The notes under the pieces were generated by a model. It was not told where the DNA came from and made no database searches. It saw only the letters and a program-made list of their open reading frames with translations. A stretch of 64,000 nucleotides of DNA, taken from NCBI GenBank assembly GCA_050951325.1, contig JBMNIW010000003.1:192001-256000 (forward strand), in the 5' to 3' direction. Source of the DNA: Clostridia bacterium. GTDB taxonomy: Bacteria > Bacillota > Clostridia > UBA1212 > DUPL01. Below are positions 29,164 through 40,214 of this stretch, one piece after another. The number at the start of each line of letters is the position of its first letter. Within the stretch, counting starts at the first letter, position 1. Both the position numbers and the translations under genes were made by a program.

Positions 29164-29532
29164 TTAATCGGTAACTGCACCGACGGTGTACTCGGTGACA
29201 ATCTTTCCATTTACTATATGATCAGTAACAACCTTGACAGCCTTCTCAGGTGTCATCTTAACGTATGTTACCTTGTTGCCTTCCTGATCTATTACCTCAA
29301 CAATGGGCTCCAAACGGCACATGCCCATGCAGCCAGTCATTGTTACGGCAGCATTTGTCAGCTTTCTCTTGCTTAATTCTTCTACAAAAGCGTGCATTAC
29401 AGGACGCGCGCCAGCCGCTATTCCGCATGTGGCCATGCCAACCACAATCCTGAAATCATGTTTATCATCTCTCAAGCTGATTTCAGCCTTGGTCTTTTCC
29501 CTAATAGCTTTTAATTCTTCCAATGACTTCAC
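29164..29532 (-). CDS. Thioredoxin-like 2Fe-2S hydrogenase subunit (HndB-like)
   Basis: VGMATCGIAAGA, TGCMGMCRLEP. GTG start after GGAGG. Confidence 0.9.
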   Translation of the reverse strand: MKSLEELKAIREKTKAEISLRDDKHDFRIVVGMATCGIAAGARPVMHAFVEELSKRKLTNAAVTMTGCMGMCRLEPIVEVIDQEGNKVTYVKMTPEKAVKVVTDHIVNGKIVTEYTVGAVTD

Positions 29533-29554
29533 AGAAAGCACCTCCATATTTTAA

Positions 29555-30046
29555 TCATTCCTTATATTTCGCAAGAATATCCGGCACATCATTTGGCGAC
29601 AGGCGGCCGTACACATCCTCATTTATGGTTATGACCGGAGCGAGACCGCAAGCACCTATACATCTGCAACCTTCCAGTGAAAACCTTAAATCGTCAGTAC
29701 AATCGCCTACGGATATGCCAAGCTCTTCCTCAAGCTTTTCGAGTACAAGGTTTGCACCTTTAACATAGCAGGCAGTTCCAAGGCACACGGATATTTTGTA
29801 TTGTCCCTTTGGCTTCAAAGAGAATTGCGCATAAAAAGTCACAACCCCGTAAACTTCCGCAAGGGGAACACCCATGCCCTCGGCGACCACTTTCTGAACT
29901 TCAATTGGCAAATAACCATATATTGTCTGAGCTTCGTGCAATACATGGATAAGGGCGCCTTTTTTGTTCCTGTTCTCTTCGATAATCTTCTGCAACTTTA
30001 GCAACTTCTCGTCTGCTACGCTGCATGAACAACTACTACTTCCCAT
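29555..30046 (-). CDS. hydC: Hydrogenase 2Fe-2S subunit (HydC/HndA, NuoE-like)
   Basis: GVVTFYAQF, CLGTACYVKG, CIGACGLAP. ATG 30046 after GGAGG. Confidence 0.93.
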   Translation of the reverse strand: MGSSSCSCSVADEKLLKLQKIIEENRNKKGALIHVLHEAQTIYGYLPIEVQKVVAEGMGVPLAEVYGVVTFYAQFSLKPKGQYKISVCLGTACYVKGANLVLEKLEEELGISVGDCTDDLRFSLEGCRCIGACGLAPVITINEDVYGRLSPNDVPDILAKYKE

Positions 30047-30132
30047 ACTTTTAAACCCTCCAATTTTGAATATATAACACAATTTATTACACATACAAAG
30101 AATGCATAACTTCACAGTTAGCAAACATATGT

Positions 30133-30186
30133 ATTATATCATCACAGATAATTAATATCAATGGTATAATGTTAAAAATCTAACAA
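30133..30186 (-). promoter_or_regulatory. Sigma-A promoter plus Rex-like operator of the hydrogenase operon
   Basis: TTGATA(30161)-17-TATAAT(30138). ATGTTAAAAATCTAACAA at 30169-30186 resembles the clostridial Rex palindrome TTGTTA-N6-TAACAA. Confidence 0.65.
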
Positions 30187-30210
30187 ATCAACGATACATT
30201 AACACATATT

Positions 30211-33200
30211 TTACATTGAAATAATTTCGCCATATCTAAGTAGATAAATATACGATTCCTTAACCTTCCTCCCCGTTATCTTTTCCAACGCCTCCTTGTA
30301 TAAATCAATCTGTATTTTGTATCTATTTACAACCACTTCCATCATGTTTTTCTGTGGAATGTAATCGCTTTTAAAATCCACAACCACAATTTCTCCATCC
30401 TCTTCGAAATAGCAGTCAATTATACCCTGAACAGCCACGTTTTCATCGGCATGTTCATCCCTTTTTCCCAGAAGTTCACCCCACTTCTTGATAATGGTAA
30501 AAGGCACTTCCCTTTCCACCCTGTCCGCCTGCATGATTCTCTTTGCAAAAGGAGAAAGGATAAATAGAACAACAAGTTTTCTTTCAATAGCTTTTGCCTG
30601 CACTTCCGTCATGAATCGCTTCTTGAGCATGTTGTCAATCAGACTATCAACATAAGCTTTAGCGTCTTCCTCACTTTCAATATTTCTAACAGCATTAAAA
30701 TCAATCTGCTGCAGACAGGCATGTAGCAAGGTTCCCTTAAGCGCATGAGACACATCCTTTGTTTTCTCATCCATGAAATCGGGCAGTTCTTTAAAGGAAA
30801 CTTCCCTGTTCATCAAATCAAACTCGTCTTCAAAATCTTCTTCCATGAGTCTCTTGACTTCAGTAACTGAAACCTTTGACGGAACAGTTGACAAGGTCTG
30901 ACAAGGATACTCATAGCCCAATATTTCTGAAACCTTTTCATGTATTTTCTCATCAACGTCTTCCTCTAAAACCTCTTCCTTCTTTTCAAAAGAAGCTACA
31001 AAATCAGGCAGCTTGTCAATTTCAATTTCATCCTTCGTATATGACTGTATAATCCAGTTACATGCAGTCTTTTCATCCTTCCTTCCATTCAAATGATGGT
31101 ATGCAAGACTCATAGCAATCCATTCAAGGAAGCTTTTCGACTCCAGGATGCTGAAGTTAACTGGTCTCAGAGTTTCGAAATCGCATTTCATCCTAATATT
31201 TTGAAACCAATTTTCACAATCTTCCTTTATGCTGCCTGTGACAATTAATTTCTCTCTGGCCCTGGTAAGGCCGACGTAAAGGATTCTCATCTCCTCTGCC
31301 TTGTTATCATGTATTATGCGTCTTTCAACAATCTCCTTCATAACCGATGGATAAACAACCATGTTTTCCCTGTCAAAACACGAAGGACCAATGCCCAAAG
31401 TCTTGTGCCTCACGAATCTCCCCTTTACATCCTGGGTATTGAATTCCTGAGCGGTGTTTGCAAGGAACACTACAGGAAATTCCAGACCTTTGCTTTTATG
31501 TATGGTCATAATTCTCACCACGTCCATACCCTCTGAAATTGCGGATGCTTCGGAAAGATCTCCTTTTTTCTTCTTCAGGTTCTCCATATAATTAAGAAAT
31601 CTGTAAATTCCTTTATGAGAACCTTCATCAAAGCTTGCAGCCTTCTCAAACAAAAGCCTAAGGTTTGCCTGTTTTCTCCCGCCATCCTCCATTAACCCCA
31701 CATAAGTGTAGTACCCTGTTATGGTGACAATATCCCAAACAAGCTCAGCCGTCGAGGAAATGACACTCTTGTCTCTCAGCATGCCAAGAACATTCAAAAA
31801 CTCATTTATTTTCTCCCTCAAGGACTCAGCATATCCCGATTCCGCATACTCAAGAAGAGCTTCATAAAACAGACAATCCTTCTTATGGAGGCGAATCAGG
31901 GATATTTCAGCATCGGAAAACTCAAACATGGGAGAACGCAAAACTGTAATAAGGGGGATGTCCTGAAGAGGATTGTCAATTAAGCTTAAGAAAGCCAAAA
32001 CAACACTTATTTCAAGACTTGCAAAAAATCCACCTTTTCCTTCGTAGTACAAGGGGATGCCACAACTTGCGAAAACCTGTCTGAATATGTCAGCCTTTTC
32101 TGACACCGATCTCATCAATATGACAATATCCTTGTATTGAATCTTCCGCATGGTCTTTTCACGCTTGTCATAGACCATAAAACCATCCTCAAAGAGCTTT
32201 CGGATTTTGCTTGCTATCAGCATGGCTTCAAGATATGTGTTTTCTTTGGTGGAGTCCTTGTTTTCAATTATCAAAAGCTCGCATTCCGAGTTGTACGCAT
32301 CATCGTAATATGTGGCACCATAGTTCAAGTACTCACTCTCTACATAATCCATCTCTGCAGTCTTTTCATTCATAATCCTGCTGAATATATAGTTTACACT
32401 GCCAACAACATCTCTTCTGCTTCGGAAGTTTTTATACAATCTGACAAGTTTGTTCTTTTCCGTATTTACACTGTATTCGTGGTACTTGTTCAAGAATAAA
32501 TCAGGACGCGCCTGCCTGAAACTGTATATGCTCTGCTTTACGTCTCCCACATGGAAAATATTATTCCCTCTGGCTATTACCTGCAGAATTGTTTCCTGGG
32601 TCAGATTCGTATCCTGGTATTCATCTATGTATATTTCCTCAAACTTCTCCCTTAATTTAAGGGCAACATCTGTAGGAACTATTCTGCCATTCTCTTTTTT
32701 GGCAAGTATGTTAAGAGCAATATGATCCATATCGGAAAAGTCAAATATTTTTCTTTCCTTCTTGGCGTTCTGAAACTTTAAATGAAAATACTTTACTAGC
32801 CAAACCAGCCTGCGGATATCCTTGTACACAAGCTCCATATCTTTCATGGCTGCATCCTTAGAGCCACCAAATATTTCGCTTACAAGCTTGCCCAACTCCT
32901 TTTTCAGTGTGTCCCTTCTTTTCTTTATCAGAACCGCCTTTTCCCTGTCGTCTTCTTTGCCCACTCTTCCCAGTCTGACAAAGGAAAAAGAATTCATTAT
33001 CTCAAATGCCTCTTCCCAAGAAGCATTTTTACACATGCTGCACAAATCACCCAGCATCTCAACATCAATACCAAGAGCATCAAGATAACCGGAAACACCG
33101 AATTCTTCGGCCATGGCTTTTGTCCTCTTTGCTTCGGACAAAAGACTTTCCAGGGTGATCTCAAGATACTCAAGAGCTTCCTTTCCCCATATGGTTTCTC

Positions 33201-33810
33201 CGAAATCCTTGTATCTTTTGGGATTCAGTATCTTCTTCTGCTCATCAAGCCATTCAAAGGGATAAGGAAAACTTTGTATGAAAGAATGAAGATTAAGAAT
33301 TATGCTTTTTAGATTGTCATCTGTTTTTGAACCGCCGTATGTTTCGACCAGATTATGAAAATGAGGGTCCTTCTTTTCGTACCATTTTTCAAGAACATCA
33401 TCGAGAACCTCCTCCTTAATCAAAAGGGTTTCATTGTCATCCGCCACCCTGAAGGAAGAGTCTATTCCGCTTTCCCTGAAATTGCTTTTAACAACATATT
33501 GACAAAAAGAACTTATGGTTGATATGTGAGCCTTGCTCAGAAGAGCCTGCTGCTCTAGAAGTCTTCTCGGATTGTCTGAATCTTTTAATCTTGATTGTAT
33601 GGATGCATATATTCTTTCCTTCATTTCAGAAGCCGCATCTCTTGTGAAGGTGACAATTAAAAGCTTGTCCACATCAATATTGTCATCCAATATTCTTTTA
33701 ATAATTCTTTCCACTAATACAGATGTCTTACCAGAGCCTGCGGCAGCCGCAACCAACAGATTTTTACCTCTATGATTTATCGCTTCCAACTGTTCGTCTG
33801 TCCAAGCCAT
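30211..33810 (-). CDS. addA: Helicase-exonuclease AddAB subunit AddA
   Basis: AAAGSGKT, DEYQD, VGDVKQSIYSFR, TIHKSKGLEF, LYVGLTRA, nuclease motif QGIID..VDFKSD. Confidence 0.95.
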   Translation of the reverse strand: MAWTDEQLEAINHRGKNLLVAAAAGSGKTSVLVERIIKRILDDNIDVDKLLIVTFTRDAASEMKERIYASIQSRLKDSDNPRRLLEQQALLSKAHISTISSFCQYVVKSNFRESGIDSSFRVADDNETLLIKEEVLDDVLEKWYEKKDPHFHNLVETYGGSKTDDNLKSIILNLHSFIQSFPYPFEWLDEQKKILNPKRYKDFGETIWGKEALEYLEITLESLLSEAKRTKAMAEEFGVSGYLDALGIDVEMLGDLCSMCKNASWEEAFEIMNSFSFVRLGRVGKEDDREKAVLIKKRRDTLKKELGKLVSEIFGGSKDAAMKDMELVYKDIRRLVWLVKYFHLKFQNAKKERKIFDFSDMDHIALNILAKKENGRIVPTDVALKLREKFEEIYIDEYQDTNLTQETILQVIARGNNIFHVGDVKQSIYSFRQARPDLFLNKYHEYSVNTEKNKLVRLYKNFRSRRDVVGSVNYIFSRIMNEKTAEMDYVESEYLNYGATYYDDAYNSECELLIIENKDSTKENTYLEAMLIASKIRKLFEDGFMVYDKREKTMRKIQYKDIVILMRSVSEKADIFRQVFASCGIPLYYEGKGGFFASLEISVVLAFLSLIDNPLQDIPLITVLRSPMFEFSDAEISLIRLHKKDCLFYEALLEYAESGYAESLREKINEFLNVLGMLRDKSVISSTAELVWDIVTITGYYTYVGLMEDGGRKQANLRLLFEKAASFDEGSHKGIYRFLNYMENLKKKKGDLSEASAISEGMDVVRIMTIHKSKGLEFPVVFLANTAQEFNTQDVKGRFVRHKTLGIGPSCFDRENMVVYPSVMKEIVERRIIHDNKAEEMRILYVGLTRAREKLIVTGSIKEDCENWFQNIRMKCDFETLRPVNFSILESKSFLEWIAMSLAYHHLNGRKDEKTACNWIIQSYTKDEIEIDKLPDFVASFEKKEEVLEEDVDEKIHEKVSEILGYEYPCQTLSTVPSKVSVTEVKRLMEEDFEDEFDLMNREVSFKELPDFMDEKTKDVSHALKGTLLHACLQQIDFNAVRNIESEEDAKAYVDSLIDNMLKKRFMTEVQAKAIERKLVVLFILSPFAKRIMQADRVEREVPFTIIKKWGELLGKRDEHADENVAVQGIIDCYFEEDGEIVVVDFKSDYIPQKNMMEVVVNRYKIQIDLYKEALEKITGRKVKESYIYLLRYGEIISM

Positions 33811-33816
33811 TAACAA

Positions 33817-34773
33817 TTACTCCTGATTTTTTTGTAATAACACTTCAACAATGGATTCCTTAATGTAATTAGCGTATAGCAGCTGGTAACTTTCGTCAGT
33901 CAATTTTCTCTCGTCTTCCCTATTAGACAAATACCCAATTTCCACCTTGACAACATTGCCCTTAGACCAGTTCAAAAACGTAATGTCATTTGCAACCTTA
34001 ACACCAGACTTTGGAACACCAAGGCCATTTGAGAGTTTGTTCAGCAAGGTTTCTGCAAAAACCTTGGTTGATTCGCTGGTGGTAAATCTCGGAATATATA
34101 CCTGCACGCCGTTATCCATAGGATTATTGGATGAGTCACAGCTTATGCTTATAACGAGATTGCAGTCGTATTTGTTCAAATAGTCCGCCCTTTCGCGGTT
34201 GCTCATGGAATGATCAGAACGCTGTCTTGGCATGACAACAGTAGCACCCTCAAGTTCAAGTGCAGATTTAAGCTTCATCGCCACTTTTAAATTTATTTCA
34301 TAGTCATATGTACCGGAATATACACCTTGGTGTCTTTCATTCATTCTTTCTGTCAAAACCTTGGATTGTGGAGCAATAAACTCTGATTTTCTGTCGAGAT
34401 TCATTTGACCATCGGCATCAATACCTATTGAATATCCTTTTAATCTGTCTGGCTCAAAGGCTTCGCTGTCAACAAATGTGGTGCTGTATACATAACCATA
34501 CACACCATTGTACAGAACCTTGTACCAAATACCTTTTTCAACGACAGTTAGAGCACTGACGGAATCCAGTGAATACATTATTGGATATGTAAAGCCGGGG
34601 CCTTTTCTAATAGTTAAATAGTTGTGACTTGTCGGAATAATCATGGCAGAATCCATGTGGAACAGTTCTTTTTTTACGTCACTGCCAGATGTTCCGCATA
34701 TCAAAAGCACAGAGAAAACAAAAACAAATATGAATTTGATAAACACTCTTTTTCTACTATGTAATTCAAACAT
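33817..34773 (-). CDS. SH3b + Amidase_3-fold protein with degenerate zinc site
   Basis: SH3-like LTIRKGPG..WYKV..GYV. Amidase fold INLKVA, SNRERA, VEIGYLSN. Confidence 0.8.
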   Translation of the reverse strand: MFELHSRKRVFIKFIFVFVFSVLLICGTSGSDVKKELFHMDSAMIIPTSHNYLTIRKGPGFTYPIMYSLDSVSALTVVEKGIWYKVLYNGVYGYVYSTTFVDSEAFEPDRLKGYSIGIDADGQMNLDRKSEFIAPQSKVLTERMNERHQGVYSGTYDYEINLKVAMKLKSALELEGATVVMPRQRSDHSMSNRERADYLNKYDCNLVISISCDSSNNPMDNGVQVYIPRFTTSESTKVFAETLLNKLSNGLGVPKSGVKVANDITFLNWSKGNVVKVEIGYLSNREDERKLTDESYQLLYANYIKESIVEVLLQKNQE

Positions 34774-34892
34774 AACTGCCCTCTCAAATAAACCAGTCAC
34801 TAACTTCCATAACCCGCTTAAATTATATCATATAATTATATTTTTACAAGCAAAAAAAAGCCACGCATAAAGCGCAGCTTTTAATCTATTAA

Positions 34893-35966
<1,074 letters not shown>

Positions 35967-35994
35967 TTAATTTGTCATAAAAAACAATATATAA

Positions 35995-36987
35995 TCAGAC
36001 AAGTTTTTCAAGTATTTTCTCCTGTTCCTTCGGTTCCCTTTCACTGCCTGGAAGCACACAGTAAAGAATAAGAAGGCAAAGCATGGTCAGTGAAAAAACA
36101 TATTTGTAAATATATGGCAGTTCAAGAGGTGTAAAGAAGCCTTCTATCAATGCGGATATTACCAGTATGGGTATGCAGCCGACTATAAGTTTCACCGCAT
36201 CCATACCTTTTGTAATCAGGGCATCTTTCCTGGATATCTTGCCCGGATTAATAAGAGAGTAACCAATAATAAGTCCTGCAGTCCCGCTGACAAAGATTGC
36301 AAAAAGTTCAGACACACCGTGAGGCAGTATCAACGACCAGAAGAATACCGACTGTCCCCGATGCAGGTAAACTCCTGCCAATGCTCCCAGCATAAGACCA
36401 TTGTAGGCAAGTATGTAAATGGTGCCTATTCCAAAAGTTATACCCAAAGCAAAAGCCATGAAACTTACCCTCAAATTGTTCGTGCCTATCATGGATGCGA
36501 AATAGGTGCCAATAGATGTGGTAAACTCGTCATATTGTCCTTCCTGTCTTGAACCTTCCAGAACCTGCCTTGGCAGGAACAGCAAGGCATTGTCCAGACT
36601 TATTGCAGTCACAATATAGGAAAAAGCAAATGCAACAACAAAAATCAGCGTAGCAATAACAAATGCTTTTATATACCTCCTAAGCAGCTTGGGAAAACCT
36701 GTGGTAAATATCTTAAAATTGGACGATACCTTTGATTCTGGTGACGAATATATGAAGGAGTGAGCCTGCCCAACCAGCCTGTTAAGGTAATTGGTTGTGG
36801 CACATTCTCCAAAATATGTCCTTGAGTATGCCAAATTGTTGGCCGCCTTGTTGTAAAGCGTGACAAACCTGTCGATTCTGTGTTTGTCAATGTTTTGCTT
36901 TTCAGATATCTTTCTGAAAAGCTTCAACTCCGATTCAAGCTCTTTCCATGCATTTCCGTTGGCTTTAACGAACTCCTGCTCATTCAT
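35995..36987 (-). CDS. SpoIIM-like (DUF95) membrane protein
   Basis: YLNRLV, NNLRVSFMAF, NGLMLG, ILPHGVSEL, IEGFFTP. Confidence 0.85.
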   Translation of the reverse strand: MNEQEFVKANGNAWKELESELKLFRKISEKQNIDKHRIDRFVTLYNKAANNLAYSRTYFGECATTNYLNRLVGQAHSFIYSSPESKVSSNFKIFTTGFPKLLRRYIKAFVIATLIFVVAFAFSYIVTAISLDNALLFLPRQVLEGSRQEGQYDEFTTSIGTYFASMIGTNNLRVSFMAFALGITFGIGTIYILAYNGLMLGALAGVYLHRGQSVFFWSLILPHGVSELFAIFVSGTAGLIIGYSLINPGKISRKDALITKGMDAVKLIVGCIPILVISALIEGFFTPLELPYIYKYVFSLTMLCLLILYCVLPGSEREPKEQEKILEKLV

Positions 36988-37083
36988 ATGATTCGCCTCT
37001 TTATGATATTGATATAAAATTTTGGGTGTGCTAATATAATAACATTAATTATGGAAGGTATCAACAAAAACAAGGAAGGTAAT

Positions 37084-37941
37084 ATGACTTTGAAGAAAAA
37101 TGTCTACATAGAAACCCACGAGAATGTAACCATAGAATATGAGACAGCGAACCTGGGCTCCAGGTTTCTTGCCCGCCTACTCGATGAAGTCATTGTCTAT
37201 GCCGCATTGATAATCACGGTAATTATCCTGTCATACACAGTATTTGAAAACAGCAGTCTAAACCTGTCCAATATAGTTGACAGCTGGAACATCTTATACG
37301 TTATCGCCATAGTGTACATTGTTACTTTCATACTAAAATATTTCTACTTTGTAATTTTTGAAATGACAATGAGGGGCCAGTCTCCAGGGAAAAAGGCAGC
37401 GGGTTTGAGAGTTGTATCCACAACAGGCGAGCCAATTATATTCTCTGCTTCCTTGGTGCGCAATCTGCTCAGGATTGTGGATGATTTACCTGCAAACTAC
37501 CTGGTAGGTGCCGTATTCATAATGTTCAATAAAAAATCCCAAAGACTTGGCGACATTGCCGCCAACACCATGGTTATAAAAACCAAGGAAAATACAAAGT
37601 TCACAAAACAACTTGAACAAATGCTTCAGGATGAAATCAACAAAGAAGTAGACATGCAGGAAGTTTTGGACAAGTATCTCGAGTCATCCGAAAACATTAA
37701 ATCCCCTGACGAAACAATACCGGAAGAAACAAACGCCACAATCTCAAAGCATGAATATGAGATTCTATCCGAGTATCTTGCTCAGAGGGAATTCATACAC
37801 GATTCAAACATATGGGATGTGAAACTGTTCAACTACTTCTTCAGAAGAGTCAATGCCCAGATACCGCAAAGAATGTATTACGCATATGTAATCCAATTCC
37901 TGATAGGCGTTGAAAGGTATAACAGGCAGTTCTATACGTAA
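37084..37941 (+). CDS. RDD family membrane protein
   Basis: ETHENV, LGSRFLARLLD, GQSPGK, RNLLRIVD, QRLGDIAANT. Confidence 0.88.
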   Translation: MTLKKNVYIETHENVTIEYETANLGSRFLARLLDEVIVYAALIITVIILSYTVFENSSLNLSNIVDSWNILYVIAIVYIVTFILKYFYFVIFEMTMRGQSPGKKAAGLRVVSTTGEPIIFSASLVRNLLRIVDDLPANYLVGAVFIMFNKKSQRLGDIAANTMVIKTKENTKFTKQLEQMLQDEINKEVDMQEVLDKYLESSENIKSPDETIPEETNATISKHEYEILSEYLAQREFIHDSNIWDVKLFNYFFRRVNAQIPQRMYYAYVIQFLIGVERYNRQFYT

Positions 37942-37942
37942 C

Positions 37943-39253
37943 TCACAGAGCCCCGGATCTCTTTATATCCAGATATCTGCAAACCGCTTCCAAGGATAGC
38001 TTGTCGGGCTCCACATCGGAGCTCATTATTCCATTTTTCTTTAATACGGCTCTTATCTTGTCTCTTTCACCAACCAACTTGACACCAGCGGACTTCAGGT
38101 ATACATCATCCAACTTCTCAATATCCATATTCGCAATGTCATCCACTCTTGGGTCTTTAATGGTTATGGCATATACCAAATGATTTGAAAGATGAGTATT
38201 TACGGCATTTGCAAATCTTAATGCTTCATCCACATTGAAAAGCTCTGTGAAAATAAAAACAAGGGTTCTCCTTCTCTGCTTTAGCTTGAAGGTTTTAATG
38301 GCATTGTCATAATCCGCACTGGTCTCCGTATACTCCACATTATACAAATTCGAAGCAATGGTTTCGAAGTTGTTCTTTCTGGGAGCAACATACCTTCTTA
38401 CCTTGTTGTCAAACACCATAAGACCCACATTGTCTCCGCCATGCGTGCAGTAATCAGCCAACAGAAAAGCACTGTTTATTGCATAATCCAGCTTCTTTAT
38501 GTTTTTATACTCTGAATTCATGACCCTGCTGGAATCTATCATAATAAATATATATTGATTCTTTTCAGGAACGTAAGTATTTACAATAAGCTCATGTCTT
38601 CTTGCCGTGGCTGCCCAGTTGATAATATTGTAAGGGTCCGACTGCACATATTCTCTCAAGCTGTCAAACTCACCACCCTGCACATTTCTTCTAGTCTTCT
38701 TTATGCCATGAAGAAACATGTTCATGTTGAGAGCGCTGATTCTGTAATCGGTAAGGGCTTTCATATTGGGGTAAACCTTGTATTTCTCATCGCTTCTTAT
38801 CTTGGTCTGCCTTTGTATGAAACCAAATATCCCCAAAGTTCTTACATATATATTCTCAAAACACACCTCTCCCCTTTTCATAGGGGTCACCTGGTATTTA
38901 AAAATCTCCTGGCCGTGGGCGGGTACCCATTTGGCTTCCATGGGCAAGGTGTGTTTGAAATGTTCGGGCACGGAGTCCGTAACAGACACAAGAAGAGGTA
39001 TTGGGCTGTTGTTCCTTACAATTATCTCCACGTCATTTTCAGCACCAAGGCTTAATTTTGTATTCAGCTCCCTATGGACCTCAAAAACTTCAGGTTTTGG
39101 AGTCTGTACAATGTCCACCACAACAAGGCTTGCCAAAACCAGGTTGACCAGTGTGAATGCCACAACTGCAAAAGCCCAGCCTGCAAACCCGGCAACAAGT
39201 ACAAGAACTCCTCCTGCAAGTGATAAATATATGAGTCTTTTGGTAAAAGTCAT
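37943..39253 (-). CDS. DUF58 domain protein (vWA-associated)
   Basis: N-terminal TMs, VYPN, EFDSLREY..SD, INWAATAR, IDSSRVM. Confidence 0.88.
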   Translation of the reverse strand: MTFTKRLIYLSLAGGVLVLVAGFAGWAFAVVAFTLVNLVLASLVVVDIVQTPKPEVFEVHRELNTKLSLGAENDVEIIVRNNSPIPLLVSVTDSVPEHFKHTLPMEAKWVPAHGQEIFKYQVTPMKRGEVCFENIYVRTLGIFGFIQRQTKIRSDEKYKVYPNMKALTDYRISALNMNMFLHGIKKTRRNVQGGEFDSLREYVQSDPYNIINWAATARRHELIVNTYVPEKNQYIFIMIDSSRVMNSEYKNIKKLDYAINSAFLLADYCTHGGDNVGLMVFDNKVRRYVAPRKNNFETIASNLYNVEYTETSADYDNAIKTFKLKQRRRTLVFIFTELFNVDEALRFANAVNTHLSNHLVYAITIKDPRVDDIANMDIEKLDDVYLKSAGVKLVGERDKIRAVLKKNGIMSSDVEPDKLSLEAVCRYLDIKRSGAL

Positions 39254-39265
39254 TTTGTTACTCCT

Positions 39266-40213
39266 CTATCTAGGCACCTCTATTTTTCTAATAAACGCAT
39301 TCAAAACCGTATCAGGATCAAGACCGTCAACTTCCGCCTCCGGTTTCAATATTACCCTGTGTCTCAATACCGGCAGAGCTATATCCAATACATCCTCAGG
39401 AGTTACAAAATCCCTTCCATTCATGGCGGCTGTGGTCTTTGCACACAAAAGCATGCTGATGGAGCTTCTTGGGGAACCACCCAGGATTATGGCAGGTGAT
39501 TTTCTGGTTGCATTTGATATTGAAGTTATGTAGTTGATAACTCCGTCCTCACAAATAACTCTGCTTATCTCTTCCCTGCACGTCACCAGCTCCTCATAAG
39601 TCAGGCATGTTTCAAGACTTTCAACTTCCTTATGGGAACTCACAAAACCCTCCTTGTATTTCTTAAGAAGGTTGTTCTCATCTTCCTGGGAAAAATACGT
39701 AATATTAAGTTTCATAAGGAATCTGTCCAGCTGTGCTTCTGGCAGCGGATACGTTCCTTCATATTCGATGGGGTTCTGTGTTGCCATTACAAAGAACGGA
39801 TCTCCCAGTTCCATTGTCTCTCCATCTATTGTTACATGGCCTTCTTCCATGGCCTCCAGCAAGGCAGACTGGGTTTTGGGAGGTGTCCTGTTTATCTCAT
39901 CAGCCAAAAGTATATTGGTAAAGATGGGACCTTTTTTTAGATAGAATTCAGTCTTTTTCAAGTCAAATACTTTTGTGCCGATAATATCAGTTGGCATTAG
40001 GTCAGGAGTAAACTGCACCCTTTTGTACTCGCAATCCACCGTTTTTGCAAGTGCTTTGGCAGACAGGGTTTTGCCAAGACCGGGCACACCTTCCATAAGC
40101 ACATGTCCGCCAGTCAAAAAAGCAACCACAAGATGCCTTACAAATTCGTCCTGTCCAATAAGAACCTTCGATACCTCATTTATAATCTGTTCTGATTTTT
40201 CCTTAACAAACAT
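39266..40213 (-). CDS. MoxR family AAA+ ATPase
   Basis: EGVPGLGKT, RVQFTPDLMP, DEINRTPPKTQSALLEAM, ATQNPIE, LPEAQLDRF. Confidence 0.95.
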   Translation of the reverse strand: MFVKEKSEQIINEVSKVLIGQDEFVRHLVVAFLTGGHVLMEGVPGLGKTLSAKALAKTVDCEYKRVQFTPDLMPTDIIGTKVFDLKKTEFYLKKGPIFTNILLADEINRTPPKTQSALLEAMEEGHVTIDGETMELGDPFFVMATQNPIEYEGTYPLPEAQLDRFLMKLNITYFSQEDENNLLKKYKEGFVSSHKEVESLETCLTYEELVTCREEISRVICEDGVINYITSISNATRKSPAIILGGSPRSSISMLLCAKTTAAMNGRDFVTPEDVLDIALPVLRHRVILKPEAEVDGLDPDTVLNAFIRKIEVPR

Positions 40214-40214
40214 A

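Noticed and set aside
27352-30046. Respiratory complex I (nuoE/nuoF)
   Set aside because: Adjacent to an H-cluster subunit, and no membrane nuo genes are present
35995-36987. Sporulation gene spoIIM
   Set aside because: Longer DUF95-type protein in RDD/MoxR context, not the short sporulation SpoIIM
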